Shown: positions 14,151-27,750, numbered from the stretch's first letter. The stretch: 64,000 nucleotides of DNA from Octopus vulgaris (GCA_951406725.2 OX597842.1:16182001-16246000); one strand, 5' to 3'. A program made the numbers and translations. The notes: a model not told the origin generated them from the letters alone.

Positions 14151-14521
14151 AAACCAATAATTTCTAATAATAATTGCTTAAAATGTAATTAATTTTATGT
14201 TAAATTTCAAAATAATCAGGTTTGTTCACTCGTTTCACGTTCAAATCCAATAACAACTGGACAATACTTACGAGTTGGGTTTCACTAAATTTTCAAATTT
14301 TTAATTTATAGATTTTTTTATATGTACAATGGTGAAATTTGACGTTTGCAGGAAATCTACAATAACTATTGAGTAACAATGATCATAATGGTAGAATATG
14401 AAATAAAGAACATGCAACCATTGCAACATTGGGAAAACCTGCCTTAAATCACTGCAGAACAAATAGAAACATCCATAGACACATCGTATATTACATAGAA
14501 ATACTATTCCAATATGATACA

Positions 14522-15040
14522 CTAGCAGAGAAAACCGCCTTTGCTCGGGATTAAAATAGCATTGTTTCGATATTATGAACCGAATTCATTCGGGTCTACT
14601 CGGGCCACATTTTCAAGATGAGGAATCCCTCCCCCCAAAGAAAAACTTTTATTAAAAGTTGGCAATGTAAAAAAGCATGCCAAATGCTTAAACAGTCTTT
14701 GAGAAGTGATTGAAGAAACCTCGCGGATGCAGATGTGAAGGGCAAAGAATGGCGGGAAAATGCTGGAAAAATACAAAACACCAGTCTGGTCTCTGCACAA
14801 AACTGAAATAGTATAATACGACTGCACTTACAATGGCCATACTCGATAACGAGGAAACAGCCACCATGTATGTATGTATGTATTATGTATGTATGTATGT
14901 ATGTATGTATGTATGTATGTATGTATGTATGTACGTATGTATGTATGTATGTATGTATGTATGTATGTATGTACGTATGTATGTATGTATGTATGTATCT
15001 ATGTATGTATGTACGTGATTATCCAGTTTTATATGTAGAG
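14522..15040 (-). mobile_element. Non-autonomous Helitron with internal (TATG)n
   Basis: The minus strand begins ctctacatataaaactgg and ends cccgagcaaaggcggttttctctgCTAG, like the other Helitron ends here. Confidence 0.6.
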
Positions 15041-16102
15041 GGTGAACCGGATTCTAACCTAGATCCAATGTTCCTTCATTGGAATTTCAACATCACAGGG
15101 TACATTTGCATGTATGTATAAGAATATTAGCCGTATTTGAAATTAGTACACGTGCAGATTTGTATATTTGGTTTTGTGTATGTATTCTCATGCATATATT
15201 TAAATGATAAATTTCTGGAAACATTTAGATTTTAAGAGATCCAGTGGTGGCCTGGATCTGTAGATTTCGAATCAGCTTTTTCCCTTCTAGTTTTGGGAAG
15301 CCTAATTTCTCGGGAGTAGACAGTGTGTTTCATATCCCAGTGCCCCAATAATTACAGATTACAACTTCAAGTCTATACGTTAACTTATAATATAGGACGT
15401 GTAACTGTAGATTTCTCAAGAGTTCAAGAATTCTTTTTATGATCTTTAGATTTATGTTAACATCCGCTGGTCAGCTCATTTCCACAGCTGTACACAGATT
15501 GTCTTCCCTGAGTCAATTCTTCTCTGTCCCGTCGATTATGGTCACATTTTATTGAGGGTTTCACTGGGACATTTCAAAAATACTCCTTATTGGTGGCTAT
15601 AGCTTCTACTATCTTATGGGTACTCACTATATATGTATGTATGTATTATGAATCTTTGTGTGTGTGTGTGATTTGTTGAGGCACCACATCACAAAAGCAA
15701 AGTAATACTTATCTTTTAGAGAGAAAGCTAGAGAAAGCGAAAGAGAGAGAGAGAGAGAGAGTAGTATATGATATTTTGAGAAAGGAAGGGATGTTGTTTT
15801 TTCCATTTGACTTAACATTTAGAATATATGTTAACAATGTTTGGTGTGTTTTGTTCAGTACAATGTATTGAAATTTTAATGAACAATGGGTGACGCAATA
15901 CTGTAATGTAGTAGTAAGTAATATTATACATACATACATATGTGTGTATGTGTGCGTGAGTTTGTTTGTGTGTGTACATAGATATATACATGTATTACTA
16001 AACAATATATATATTGTTTAGTAATAAACAATATATACATATAATGTCTACATACAGCTCTTTATATATGCATACACAGACAGACACCCAGACACCCAGA
16101 CA

Positions 16103-16138
<36 letters not shown>

Positions 16139-16179
16139 CTATCTATGCATACATCTCTGTCTGCATTGGAATGTATGTA

Positions 16180-16228
<49 letters not shown>

Positions 16229-16640
16229 ATCTTTTGTTTCCGTCAGTAGAATCGGCCAAGATGGCGCACCCCCTTGAAGAATATTTAATTGAATGAATGG
16301 TAATATTAAGGGGTCATAAACACACCTGCGCCGGTTGTTAAGCACACTAAAACACACAAACACACAAACACATACACACACACATACACACACACATACA
16401 CGCTTATCCGCACATATACTGAGATGAGGTATTTCTTTCAGTTTCCGGCTATCGAATTCACTCAAAAGGCCCAGGTCGGCCGGAGGTTATAGCGGGAAAT
16501 TCCCGTCCATGTTGCGACGCAGTGGGACTGAACCCAACACTATGTGTTTGGTTAACAAGCTTCATACATGTCTGTGGGTATAAGTGTATACACATGCATA
16601 TACATAGATATAATATTGATATATATATCTTTCTTTCTCT

Positions 16641-17069
16641 CTTTTACTTGTTTCAGTCATTTTGACTGCGGCCATGCTGGAGCACCGCCTTTAGTCGAAC
16701 AAATCGACCCTGGGACTTATCCTTTGTAAGCCCAGTGCTTATTCTATCGGTCTTTAGCCGAACCGCTAAGTGTCGGGGACGTAAACACACCAGCATCGTT
16801 TGTCAAGCAATGCTAGGGGGTCAAACACAGACACACAAACACACACATACACATATACATATATATATATATAAATATATATACATATATATATATATAC
16901 ATATATACGACAAGCTTCTTTCAGTTTCCGTCTACCAAATCCACTCACAAGATATTGGTCGGCTCGGAGCTATTGCAGAAGACACTTGCCCAAGATGCCA
17001 CTGAGTTGGACTGAATCCGGGACCATGTGGTTGGTTAGCAAATTACTTACCACACAGCCACTCCTGCGC
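16641..17069 (-). mobile_element. tRNA-derived SINE family A (head - internal microsatellite - tail)
   Basis: Head ggagtggctgtgtggtaag...ggttcagtcc (A/B-box-like) and tail tgactgaaacaagtaaaag. More than 12 copies or fragments occur in the window. Confidence 0.9.
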
Positions 17070-17089
17070 ATATATATGTATATATGTCT

Positions 17090-17590
17090 GTAATTCCTTG
17101 GTGATCTAAAGGAATAGATACGCTGACAAATGCTATATTCGATTATCCGTTATGTTCCAATTTCACATCTGAGGCTGGAGCTAGGGATCCGTGTTAGGCG
17201 TCTGAGTTAGCTGGACTATATTAATTAGAAGAAAAAGGACAACACAAATCAAGGCAGCGAGGGTATCTCATGTACTTCATCGAAGTGCGAAATTACGTCC
17301 CTACCCTCTGGAAAAGGATGTGCTGTGAACATTGAACTCCTCTCTGTATTCTTCTATCTACTGATATTCTTCGATTTCCCATTTCATGCCTTTTAACTTG
17401 TGAAATTCCCTGTCTAGATCTTTCACAATTAGTCGTATAGTCTCTGATGTTGGAATACTCAGTGTACGCACATGCTAGCCTATCACTTGGGATATCCCAG
17501 AAACGACTGGAGGACTTCAAATTAAATATTGTAAATGACTTGAGATATTCTTCCTGCCTTCGATTTATATTCTCCGTTTCCCTTTAATTA
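17090..17590. mobile_element. Penelope pLTR-like element with inverted segment and hammerhead relic
   Basis: Homologous to 21845-22400 and 23555-24020. Contains AGTCT-CTGATGT-TGG...CCA-GAAAC-gact-GG-A-GGACT at 17439-17516. Confidence 0.55.
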
Positions 17591-17631
17591 ATATACAAAT
17601 ACACACACACACACATATATGTACATGTATA

Positions 17632-17721
<90 letters not shown>

Positions 17722-17724
17722 TAA

Positions 17725-17799
<75 letters not shown>

Positions 17800-17805
<6 letters not shown>

Positions 17806-18055
17806 GAGGCAGGCAACAGGTTGTTTGTTCACATACCGAAAAAATTAGAAATAGCAGTGAAGACGGTTTATTTCTATTATCTTCAAATGGGGCTACACAC
17901 ACGTTATTTATTCCTTCTGTTTTTCATATGTGAATTACAGGTATGTCGTGTGTGGAGTCCCACATGCAGATAATAGAAATAAACAGTCTTGACTGCTATT
18001 TCTAATTTTTTCGGTATGCGGCCAAGCAACCTGTTGCCTGCGCCTCTTATTTATA
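17800..18055. repeat. Long imperfect palindrome next to (TA)n
   Basis: gcaggcaacaggttg..cataccgaaaaaattagaaatagcagt.aagac.gtttatttctattatc is mirrored at 17970-18045. Confidence 0.85.
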
Positions 18056-18181
18056 TAAAATAAATATACTGAACATTACAGAAGTTCCTACCGTTAATCG
18101 GCTATATTTACATACCGAATTCTACCAGTAAATAATTGTTGTTTTTTTAAAAAACCATTATAGAAATTATTTACTCTTATC

Positions 18182-18245
<64 letters not shown>

Positions 18246-18429
18246 CTCTCTTTTACTTGTTTCAGTCATATGACTGCGGCCATGCTGGAGCACCGCCTTT
18301 TAGTCGAGCAAGTCCCAACGCAGTGGAACTGAACCCGGAACCATGTGGTTGGTTACCAAGCTACTTATCACACAATGCGAGTAATTAGCATATAAGAATT
18401 GAGAAAGAATAATTAGAAGGCTTCACACC

Positions 18430-18995
18430 AGGGTTGCCAATTTAGCATATTTATGATAGATCTAGCATTTTTTTTTCAGCATTTAGCAAAAAGTTTTGAA
18501 TTCAGCATTTAGCAGGAAAAATAGTAGATTTAAAATTTTATTTTGAATTTTTCTCTGATCATGACATTATCTCAATAGTTACCCTTTTTTCATCTTTTTC
18601 TTCGTTTTATACTTTCGTTAATTTATCTTATAGCCAAAGTTTAGTAAAATCGGTTATTATTGAATTTTTGTTTTCACTTTCTTGAAGCTTCAAATGAAAA
18701 TTTTTCATAAGGATCTTTATTAAGTTATGAACTTTTCCAGCTCCTCCCCCTCCGCCGGTGGTACATACATATTTCAGAATATTATCTTTAGAAATACGTG
18801 GTGTAGATGGCATTGAAGATGTTTTAAAAATTTAATTAGTGAAAACGAAATTAGATATAAAACTTTTACTGGCTATAGGAACCAACTAGGCTAGAGTAAT
18901 GATAGGAATCAACAATGGTGTTTTCCAGATATTAAAAGAAGTCCCATCATTACGTCTATTTAGAAGGTTATGTCATTCTTTACAGTTGGCAGTAT
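18430..18995. mobile_element. Possible hAT-derived deleted element
   Basis: Starts CAGGGTTGCCAA with ttggcag near 18985. An internal minus-strand fragment NILKYVCTTGG weakly resembles the hAT xxTDG motif. Confidence 0.3.
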
Positions 18996-20102
18996 CCCAC
19001 ACTTGTACTGAAATTTAGCATAAAATTATGATTTTGAGTTGGTTAGACTGCTTCAAACAATTACGGAATTTAGTTTCATAGAGTAAAACAATTCACATTG
19101 CTGCAGCAATAAGCTTCAAGGTCACTGAAGCAAATGGGAGGACAAAATGCTATGATGATGATGTTGATCACCATCATCATCATCATCATCATCATCATCG
19201 TCGTCGTCGTCGTCGTCGTCGTCGTCATGATTGTAACGTCCCTCAGTTCATAATGCTTGGGTCGAACGGTGTTCATTGTTCAGATATTCTACACACGAAT
19301 CCCTTTCCTCTCGCTAGCCATCGCCTCTTTCCCAGAAAGATACAACATTGTCAAAGATGGACATATTTTTAAACAGGCAGTTAAAGATTAATCTCAACTT
19401 TTGTGTGATGGTGAGGCTCGTTTACAACAGTTCCGAGATGAAGAGATAAAAATGCATTCATATACACATAAATATAATAATATAAATATATATGTGTGTA
19501 CTTTTATATACACACACTTTCATACACACCGGAAAAGATGTCCGGCAGAATAGGGATGGATGACCATAGAAGGATTTGTACCAAACTTTGGCATTGAAAT
19601 CTGTACAAATACCGGAATAGGGCGCAGCTGCATAGTGACAAAGTGGTCACATTCGTATATACACACAGAGATATTCATACACACCCACACGTCTATGTGT
19701 ATGAGTGTGTGTTTGTGTGCGAGTAAGTGTGAGGCGGATATTTCTTGGGTGTAGCTAGGATGTTAAGCAGAAAAGTCACTAATTTCATTTGCTCTCAAAT
19801 GCAATAAAGTTTACAAAGGTTTATATTGTGTATGATTTTATACAATTACATAATGCCTACGCATATGTATGTACAAACACACACGCACACACACATATTT
19901 GCGAATGTGTGAATGTTTATATGTGTCTATATTTGGGATGGTCACCATATTGATAAAATACAAAAGATATTCACAATTGTGCAATGAATTACGTCTCCAA
20001 ATTATCGAAATACCCAAGCAAATATTCTATTCAACAACGAGTGTTGCAGTAGGAGTTGAGGCGTGAATTCAAAAGGATTATATATCATAATCATTGCGAC
20101 AG

Positions 20103-20146
<44 letters not shown>

Positions 20147-20231
20147 ATGTGTGTGTGGTAGGAGTTGAGACGTGAATGCAAAAGGTGTATATATCATAAT
20201 CATTGCGACGACGTAAACTTTCTACGTATAC

Positions 20232-20274
<43 letters not shown>

Positions 20275-20501
20275 TACATTACGTCGAACCATTGATCCCT
20301 ACCCATATTTTATCCCCGTCCTTTTCTTTTCGTTCTCTCTCCATTTATTCATCTCAACATTTTCTATCGATGAGCGTAGGCTCGACACGTCATAGGTTTT
20401 TCCATTCTTCCCAAATTAAAACATTTGATTGTTCTTCCCTCACCTTCTTTCGACTTTTGTGTCATGTAAATTTGAACTATATATATATATGTATATATAT
20501 T

Positions 20502-20595
<94 letters not shown>

Positions 20596-20678
20596 CATGC
20601 AGGTAAATAGGTATGTATGTATGTATGTATTTATACTACATGTTTCATCTGCAGAGAAATAAGCACATATACACACAT

Positions 20679-20716
<38 letters not shown>

Positions 20717-21154
20717 TTGCGAGACACTGAACGTAGCTCGAATACACGGAAATTCCCCCAAGTCGAATCATTAGTTTTCCCCACAAGGTGTATATACTTC
20801 CGGTACGATTGTCATGGGATTAGGATGTTTAAGAAATGAGGTGCAAAACGGATTCCTCAACCCGAACCAATCGACAGGCTCTATAGGGGTAGACAAACAA
20901 CGAGTTGTTTGGAGAATATTAGTTTGCCAATCGAGGGAATCCAGTCGGAAAGTGTAATACCAGTTCCTTCTGATTGGAACGTGTGGAGGAGATAACTCAG
21001 GACTCTACACACACGACCCAGGAATATTGGACATAGACTGATAGTTGCATATATACAGGTGTACAAATGTATTTATGTGTGTGTGAGAGTATAAGTTGTG
21101 TAATTAAATGAGGCAGCTAGTTAGCAGAGTTTCACCTAAAAGGAAAACAATAAA

Positions 21155-21462
21155 CGTCATTAGATATGACTGAAAGTGTTAGAAATAAGAGCTAAATGAC
21201 TGAAGGTGCTAGATATAAGAGCTAAATGGCTCTGTTGCTGCTATCATGCACATGTATACCGATCTACATATATACATATATACCGGTGTAGAGATGAAAC
21301 CGTACGGTATATAGATGTCAGTAGTTGTCAGTCACTGTCATCTACAGTCGCTGCTGGAAAGTATGTATAAAATCATATGTGCGTTGACAGCAGCAACAGA
21401 GCCATAGCTCTTATTTCTAGCGGCATAGGTATTGTAACACCTTCAGTCATATTGAATGACAC
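21155..21462. repeat. Palindromic element with central hammerhead relic
   Basis: Arms gtcatt..atatgactgaa / ttcagtcatat..aatgac and gctctgttgctg / cagcaacagagc. The centre reads TATA-CCGAT...GAAAC-CGTACG-GTA-TATA (21255-21313). Confidence 0.7.
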
Positions 21463-21480
21463 TTCATATATATATATAAA

Positions 21481-21692
21481 TATTATATTAAATTAGAGAC
21501 AAAACCACTATTAGGCAAATCATACAATGAAAAACTTAAGCCAATACATAAGATTATTTAATTTATATCATTTAAATATATAACAAAATTTTATATTTAA
21601 AAAATATAAGTTAAATAATCTTATGTATTGGCTTAAGTTTTTCATTGTATGATTTGCCTAATAGTGGTTTTATCTCTAATTTAATATAATAA
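21481..21692. repeat. Near-perfect AT-rich palindrome (about 80-bp arms)
   Basis: tattatattaaattagaga.aaaaccactattaggcaaatcatacaatgaaaaacttaagccaatacataagattatttaa and its reverse complement. Confidence 0.9.
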
Positions 21693-21768
21693 AATATTTT
21701 ACTATAAAATTGGATTCAATCCTAAATCTGATTTTTCCCTGTAAGTTTGGATTTATTCCCTAATATTT

Positions 21769-21810
<42 letters not shown>

Positions 21811-22427
21811 GTGTATACAGAATATTTATACAGAATATTCACTAAGGGTGTTTAGTTCACTGATGATCTAAACGAACAGGTACGCTGATTAATTGCTATA
21901 ATTGGTCATCCGTTAGATACCACGTTCATAGCTGAGGCTGGATCTAGGGACCCGTATTAGGCTTCCGATTCAGCAGGTATATATTAGAGGAAAAAGGACA
22001 ACAAAAACCAAAACTGGACGAGTATGTCAGGTCATTTAAAATATTTAATTAGAGCAAGGTGAATGTGAAGTAATTAAGCAATTAAATAGTTAAGTATTTA
22101 ACTATTGGATGCCGTACAGCTGTTTCTGGGATATCCCAAGTGATTGGTTAGCGTGACCGTACATCAAAGTCAAGGTGAGTACATATGAATGTTCTACACA
22201 GGGAATTCACGGTTTATAAGAAATAAAATACCAGAGATAAGAATAAAGAGTAAAACAGTAGGTAGAAGAATACAGATAGTAGTGTAACGTTCACAACTCA
22301 TCTTCTTGCGGTATGGAGGTTGGTTCGTACTTCTGTGAGGATATAGGCACTTAAGTAAAATTCAAGATAAATCCAGATGGTATTTTGGCAATATAGGAGT
22401 GTGTATGTATATATGTATGTATGCATG

Positions 22428-22487
<60 letters not shown>

Positions 22488-22592
22488 CATATATATATAT
22501 ATATATACGTATATACATAAATACATATGAATATATGTATATATTTATACATATATACATACATAGGCAGTTAGATAGATAGATACACAGAT

Positions 22593-22633
<41 letters not shown>

Positions 22634-22715
22634 CATACATATGTTTATATACGTATATACGTAACTACATATGTATATATGTATATATTTATACATTCAT
22701 ACATACATAGGTACG

Positions 22716-22773
<58 letters not shown>

Positions 22774-23462
22774 TATTGATAGACAGACAGATAGATAGAT
22801 AGATAGATAGATAGGTAGATAGGTACTTAAATACATACACCCACATATATACATGTATACATATGTTTGTGTAAAGCAGGAGGTTAATTGTGTGTAAGCA
22901 AGATGTAAAGAAAGAGTTTGAAAGATTTTACTATTTCGTTTGTTCTCTAATACAATAAAGGTTTGATGCGTGTATGTTATGTATACACAAACTGCGTCAT
23001 GGCAAGTACACACGAACACTTAAACATACACACAGATATACATACAAACTCTCACACGTACACACATACATACATACATACATACATACATACATACATA
23101 CATACATACATACATACATACAGAAATTCATACATACGTATGTATGTGTATGTGGGTTGGTCGATGTATTGATAAAATACGAAAGACAGTCGCAATTGCA
23201 TAAAAGAAAGTTATGTCTCAAAAATATCAAACTTTTAAAGTAAATCTTTTATTGAGCAAGAAGAGTTGCGGTGGGAGTTAAGGCGTGAATCTAAAAGGAA
23301 GAATAAAATGAATAACAAAAAATCCCACTCATAACATTACGATTTGGGGTTAATGGATTGGGGAAGATTATTTACGTAGTTGTTACGAAGGATAAATATG
23401 AAATTCGACAGCACTTCTTAAAAAAATACATGTATACGCATGCATATATATATATACATATA

Positions 23463-23499
<37 letters not shown>

Positions 23500-23504
23500 A
23501 TATA

Positions 23505-23542
<38 letters not shown>

Positions 23543-24782
23543 ATATAGTGTATAGTTCGTAAACGAATAGCTACGCTGTATAAGTGCTATAATTGGTCAT
23601 CCGTCAGGTTCCAAGTTCACTGCTGAGGTTGGAGCTACGGATCCGCAGTAAGCTTCCAAGTTAGCTGTTATATATTAAAGTCAAATGGACAACAAAACCG
23701 AGGCAGGACGAGCATCTCAGTTCATTTAGAATTTTTAATTAGAATAAGGTGAAGTAGAAGTAATTAATGCTTTACAGCTGTTTTAGGGATATCCCACATG
23801 ACGTGTCAGTATCTTGGAATTCTGTCATTGGAGACAAGGTGCATATTTTGGAAAGTTCCAGACAGGGAATTCACGGTGTATAAAAGAATAAAGCTGTAGA
23901 CAGAAGAATAAAGACAGGAGAATAAAGTTCAGAGCTCATCTTGTTCTGGAGTGTATGGAGATTAGTCCGTACTTCCGTGAAGGTATAGGTCCTTAAGTAT
24001 AATGCCAGATAAATCCCGACTGTATTTTGAATGTTGCGTTCAGATTGAAGGAATAGACTTAGTGGTTAGCTTGTAGGGAAATGGACCGCGTGAAGGTATA
24101 GTGTGAAAGAGAGAAAAGAAAGAAAAGAAAGGAAGAGGATACGTGTTGAAAAGAATGAGAGTGAAAGTAAAAACAAAAATGAGAAATGAAAAATAAAAAA
24201 AAGGATAAAGATAAGAGGAAAGAGACCTGAAATATTCTTGGTCAGGGTTGAGGAGCCAGTTTTGGTAAAGTGGAGAAGCGGGGTAATTAATTAGATGGAT
24301 TCTAGGGTCAGCATGGTGAGAAAGAATATCTAACTTTAGTCCAGTGGTCAGTAAGGAGAAATAAAATGTTAGAAACAGATGCGTAAGTTAAGAGAATACA
24401 TTGAAAATTAACTGTGAAAAATTAAGTGCTAAAAATTAAAAAGTAACGATTAAAAAGATTATTTCTGCTTGTGAACTTTTAAGAAAGAGTGAAAGATTGA
24501 TAGATGAAAGGAAAAGAAAAGAACTGAAGTTAAATATTGTTTGTGACCACGCGGAACCTAGAATTCATTCTATTTAATTAATAGCCATTAATTCTATAAT
24601 TTTCGTTGCTTTTGCAACCTTGGCAATGGATGTTGACAATGTTGCAAAAGCAAAGAAAATTTTAGAAGAAAAATTATAAATAATGAATGAGTGGAAATCA
24701 AACCTGTGTGTGTGTTAGAATATAAGGTATCAAAACAATACGACTCATCTGGACACGACAGTATACACACACACACACACAC

Positions 24783-24873
<91 letters not shown>

Positions 24874-25169
24874 GACAGACAGACATAAGGAAAATAAGAT
24901 AAGGTAGAAAATGCAAAGAATAACTTTATCATGAAATACATTTTGTAACGGGTAGCACCGCTTTCTGTCTTTTCGATTTTTTCAGCTAAGAGTAAAAATA
25001 GGTGAATATTAATCAAGAAAGCCAATTAAATCGAAGAAAAATTAAATGAAATGTTTTGCAAATAGTTTCATAATCTTCAAATAGGTAAGACATTTCCTTT
25101 TTTCTCGCACTTTCTCTTCATTTAATTTAATTTTTGCTTCGATTTAATTTTTCTTCTTCTTAATTTATA

Positions 25170-25299
25170 CCCTACCAACACATGTTTCCGGGTTCAGTCC
25201 CACTGCGTTGCACATTGGGCAAGTGTCTTCTACTATAGCCTCGTTCCGACCAAGGCCTTGTGAGTGGATTTGGTGGACGTAAACTGAAAGAAGCCTGCC

Positions 25300-25300
<1 letters not shown>
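25170..25300 (+). mobile_element. SINE family A head (split by the Penelope insertion)
   Basis: ccgggttcagtcccactgcg...ggcaagtgtcttctactatagcc...aaactgaaagaagcc. Confidence 0.85.
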
Positions 25301-25357
<57 letters not shown>

Positions 25358-25397
25358 ATGAGGTTCGAAAATGCTGCTGTATTATACAATTTTTAAT

Positions 25398-25468
25398 TTT
25401 TATATATACATTATAACATGTTTCAGTTCCTGAAATGAACCTTATCAAAAAAAGTTATATATAAAAAG
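25398..25468 (-). ncRNA. Type I hammerhead-like ribozyme with U3-A8 core
   Basis: Minus strand: tttttatatataacttttt-TTGATAA-GGTTC-atttcag-GAACT-GAAA-CATG-TT-ataatgtatatataaaaa. Confidence 0.65.
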
Positions 25469-25843
25469 AGACAGCTCATGCCGTCAAACACAAGAAATTC
25501 ATTTATAATACACAACGGAGTCAGACATCTTAGAGTTCATGTATAGTTGATATATAGTTCATGTATAGTTGATATATAGTTTATGATATATAGTTTGAAG
25601 TATATGTTCAAAGTGTTCGATGCAGTGGCCCAGGGTGGCGATACGTATTCAATACAAAAAACAGATCAAAGTGGTGGAAAGCGGTCAATACAGAAGATTG
25701 ATGTTTCCGAAAGAGCGAGGAATTCATTTTTACCTTAAGCAATTGTGATGACCCATGGTGGAAGTTCGCTGGGTGGTTCTAGTGGGTTTTTGTGAAATGC
25801 TCGGTTTTATAATGCCTGTTAGGTGGTCAATCTAGCGTAGCGT

Positions 25844-26177
25844 GACGTCATCAATGTTTTGACGAATCGTTTCGTTAGGTGGCTTTAATCAAGTGGAACG
25901 GGACGTCATCATTATTTTGACCAATCGCTGCATTATAACTCCCTCTTGTTTGTTTCCTGTCTTGACCAGTCGCTTCGTTAGTCAAGCATAGTGGGACGTC
26001 ATCCAGATTCTGCCCAATCACGACTTATAGCTACATTAGATCTGCCCCCTGTCTGTACTTGTTAGGTGACTATTCAAGCAGAAAAGGACGTCATCAATAT
26101 TCTGACTAATGACTGTCCCCTGTTTGTATCCTGTCCATTCTAGCAGAGCTGGACGTCATCAACTTGTTGACCAATCA
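25844..26177. promoter_or_regulatory. Five copies of a GACGTCATC-N7-TGACCAATC composite motif
   Basis: Copies start near 25844, 25902, 25995, 26087 and 26152, each a CRE-like site plus a CCAAT-like box at fixed spacing. Function is inferred. Confidence 0.55.
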
Positions 26178-26343
26178 GAATCGGGTCTGACCCTTAGCTG
26201 TATCGTATGTATCAGGGTCAGATTTGCACGAAAGAATTTTTTTCCTTTTTTACTAAGGCATATTTCCGTCAGAGTGAGTGTCTGTTTGAAGTAGCGGCCG
26301 TGGTGAAATTTGGTTCTCCTTTTCGGAGGACTTATCTTTTGTT

Positions 26344-27478
26344 TTAGTATTCCTGGCCCAGGGTGTTTAAACTTGGTCTAAATTTTTTTATGAAATATAG
26401 TTCTTTATTTTGGCGTTGTGTGAAGGTTGCGTTGTCACTGAATTTATAGAGCGGGTTAGTTGTAAATTTCGGATTTACATTTCCAGCACATCTATCTATG
26501 TGTCCGCTGACCGGTATTTTGCGGTAATCAGGGTTTCTAATTTGTGATTTATGCACCGCCATCCTGTTACGTAAGCTATTTTTTGTATGGCCTATATACT
26601 GCCTATTGCAGCCTGCGCATGTTATGACGTAAATTAAGTTTTCTGATGCGCAGGTGAAGTTTGTTCTAATGGTGAACTGGTGGCCTTGTTCCAGTATAAA
26701 TTCTGATCCTTCTTTCAAGATGACACAGATTCCGCAGTTGGGCCTTCCACATTTTCTAACTGCTGGTTTTGTGGTTGATGTTGAGTGCAGTGTAGCTTGG
26801 GTTAAAATCCTTTTCAAGGATTTTGGTTGCCGTTTACTTTTAATGATGGTGTGTGTTTCGAGGATCCGGTTCATCTTTGGGTCTCCCTTTAGTAGGGCTG
26901 TGCTTTGTAGTATGGTGTTGAAGGCCTCATTGTTGAGTGGGTTGTGTGTAGAGATGTAGGGAAGGGTTTTTAATTGTTCTTTCTTTTTTGGTTTTGTTTG
27001 TCTTAGGTCTTCTATACTTAATTTAAGTACCCGTTGGATTGCACTGTCTATTAGGGGCTGTGGATAGTTTCTATTTGTGAGTGTGGTTCTAAGTTCCTGG
27101 AGACGTGTGTGTCGGGTGTTTGTGTCTGATATTATGGTGCAAATCCTTCTAGCTAAACAAAAAGGGACATTCATTCTAGTGTGTCGTGGGTGGCATGAAT
27201 CAAAGGGTAGGTACTGTTTAGAGTCTGTCGGTTTATAGTAGATATCTGTCTGTATTTTGTTGCCGGTTTTCTTAATGAGGATGTCTAAAAATGGTAATTC
27301 TTTTTCGTTGTGGTCCATCGTGAATTGTATATTGTCATTTATTCCATTTAATAGAATTTTAAATTCCTCAAGCTTCTCTATGCCTTTGTCCCAGATGATG
27401 AAACAGTCATCGAGGTATCTTTTCCAGTTGTTATGGATATAGGTGACGAAGGTGTTTCCATATTTCTCGAGTGTCATC

Positions 27479-27480
<2 letters not shown>
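26344..27480 (-). CDS. Penelope-like RT C-terminal half + GIY-YIG endonuclease
   Basis: WKRYLDDCFIIW, LPFLDILI, TDIYYKPTD..YL...SCHP, CGRPNCGIC and NLIYVITC..C..QYIGHT..RNRMAVH in an uninterrupted frame. The N-terminal part of the tracked ORF is microsatellite. Confidence 0.92.
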
Positions 27481-27545
<65 letters not shown>

Positions 27546-27549
27546 CGTG

Positions 27550-27750
27550 TTTGTTTGTTTGTACCTCCAACATCGATTGACAACCGATAATGGTGTGTTT
27601 TCGTCCCCGTAACTTAGTGGTTCGGCAAAAGAAACTGATAGAATAAGTACTAGGCTAACAAAGGTCAATTGCTGGGATCGATTTGCTCAACTAAAAGAGG
27701 TGCTCCAGCACGGCCGCAGCCAAATGACTGAAACAATTTAAAGAATAAGA
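27550..27750 (+). mobile_element. SINE family A tail (partner of the 25170-25300 head)
   Basis: ttgacaaccga..ggtgtgttt.cgtccccgtaacttag.ggttcggcaaaaga...caaatgactgaaacaa. Confidence 0.85.

Larger units (their letters stand above)
25350..27480 (-). mobile_element. Penelope-like retroelement, 5'-truncated
   Basis: An RT + GIY-YIG ORF is followed by about 1 kb of 3' region ending in a hammerhead motif. Both ends abut (TA)n. Confidence 0.9.

Noticed and set aside
24724-24755. CAGATGAG...GATAC hammerhead-like string
   Set aside because: Both core boxes are mutated and the stems are absent, so it is too degenerate to count.
25844-26177. CRISPR-like repeat-spacer appearance
   Set aside because: The repeats are degenerate, spacing is irregular (about 58-93 bp), no cas genes are present, and the context is a eukaryotic retroelement.
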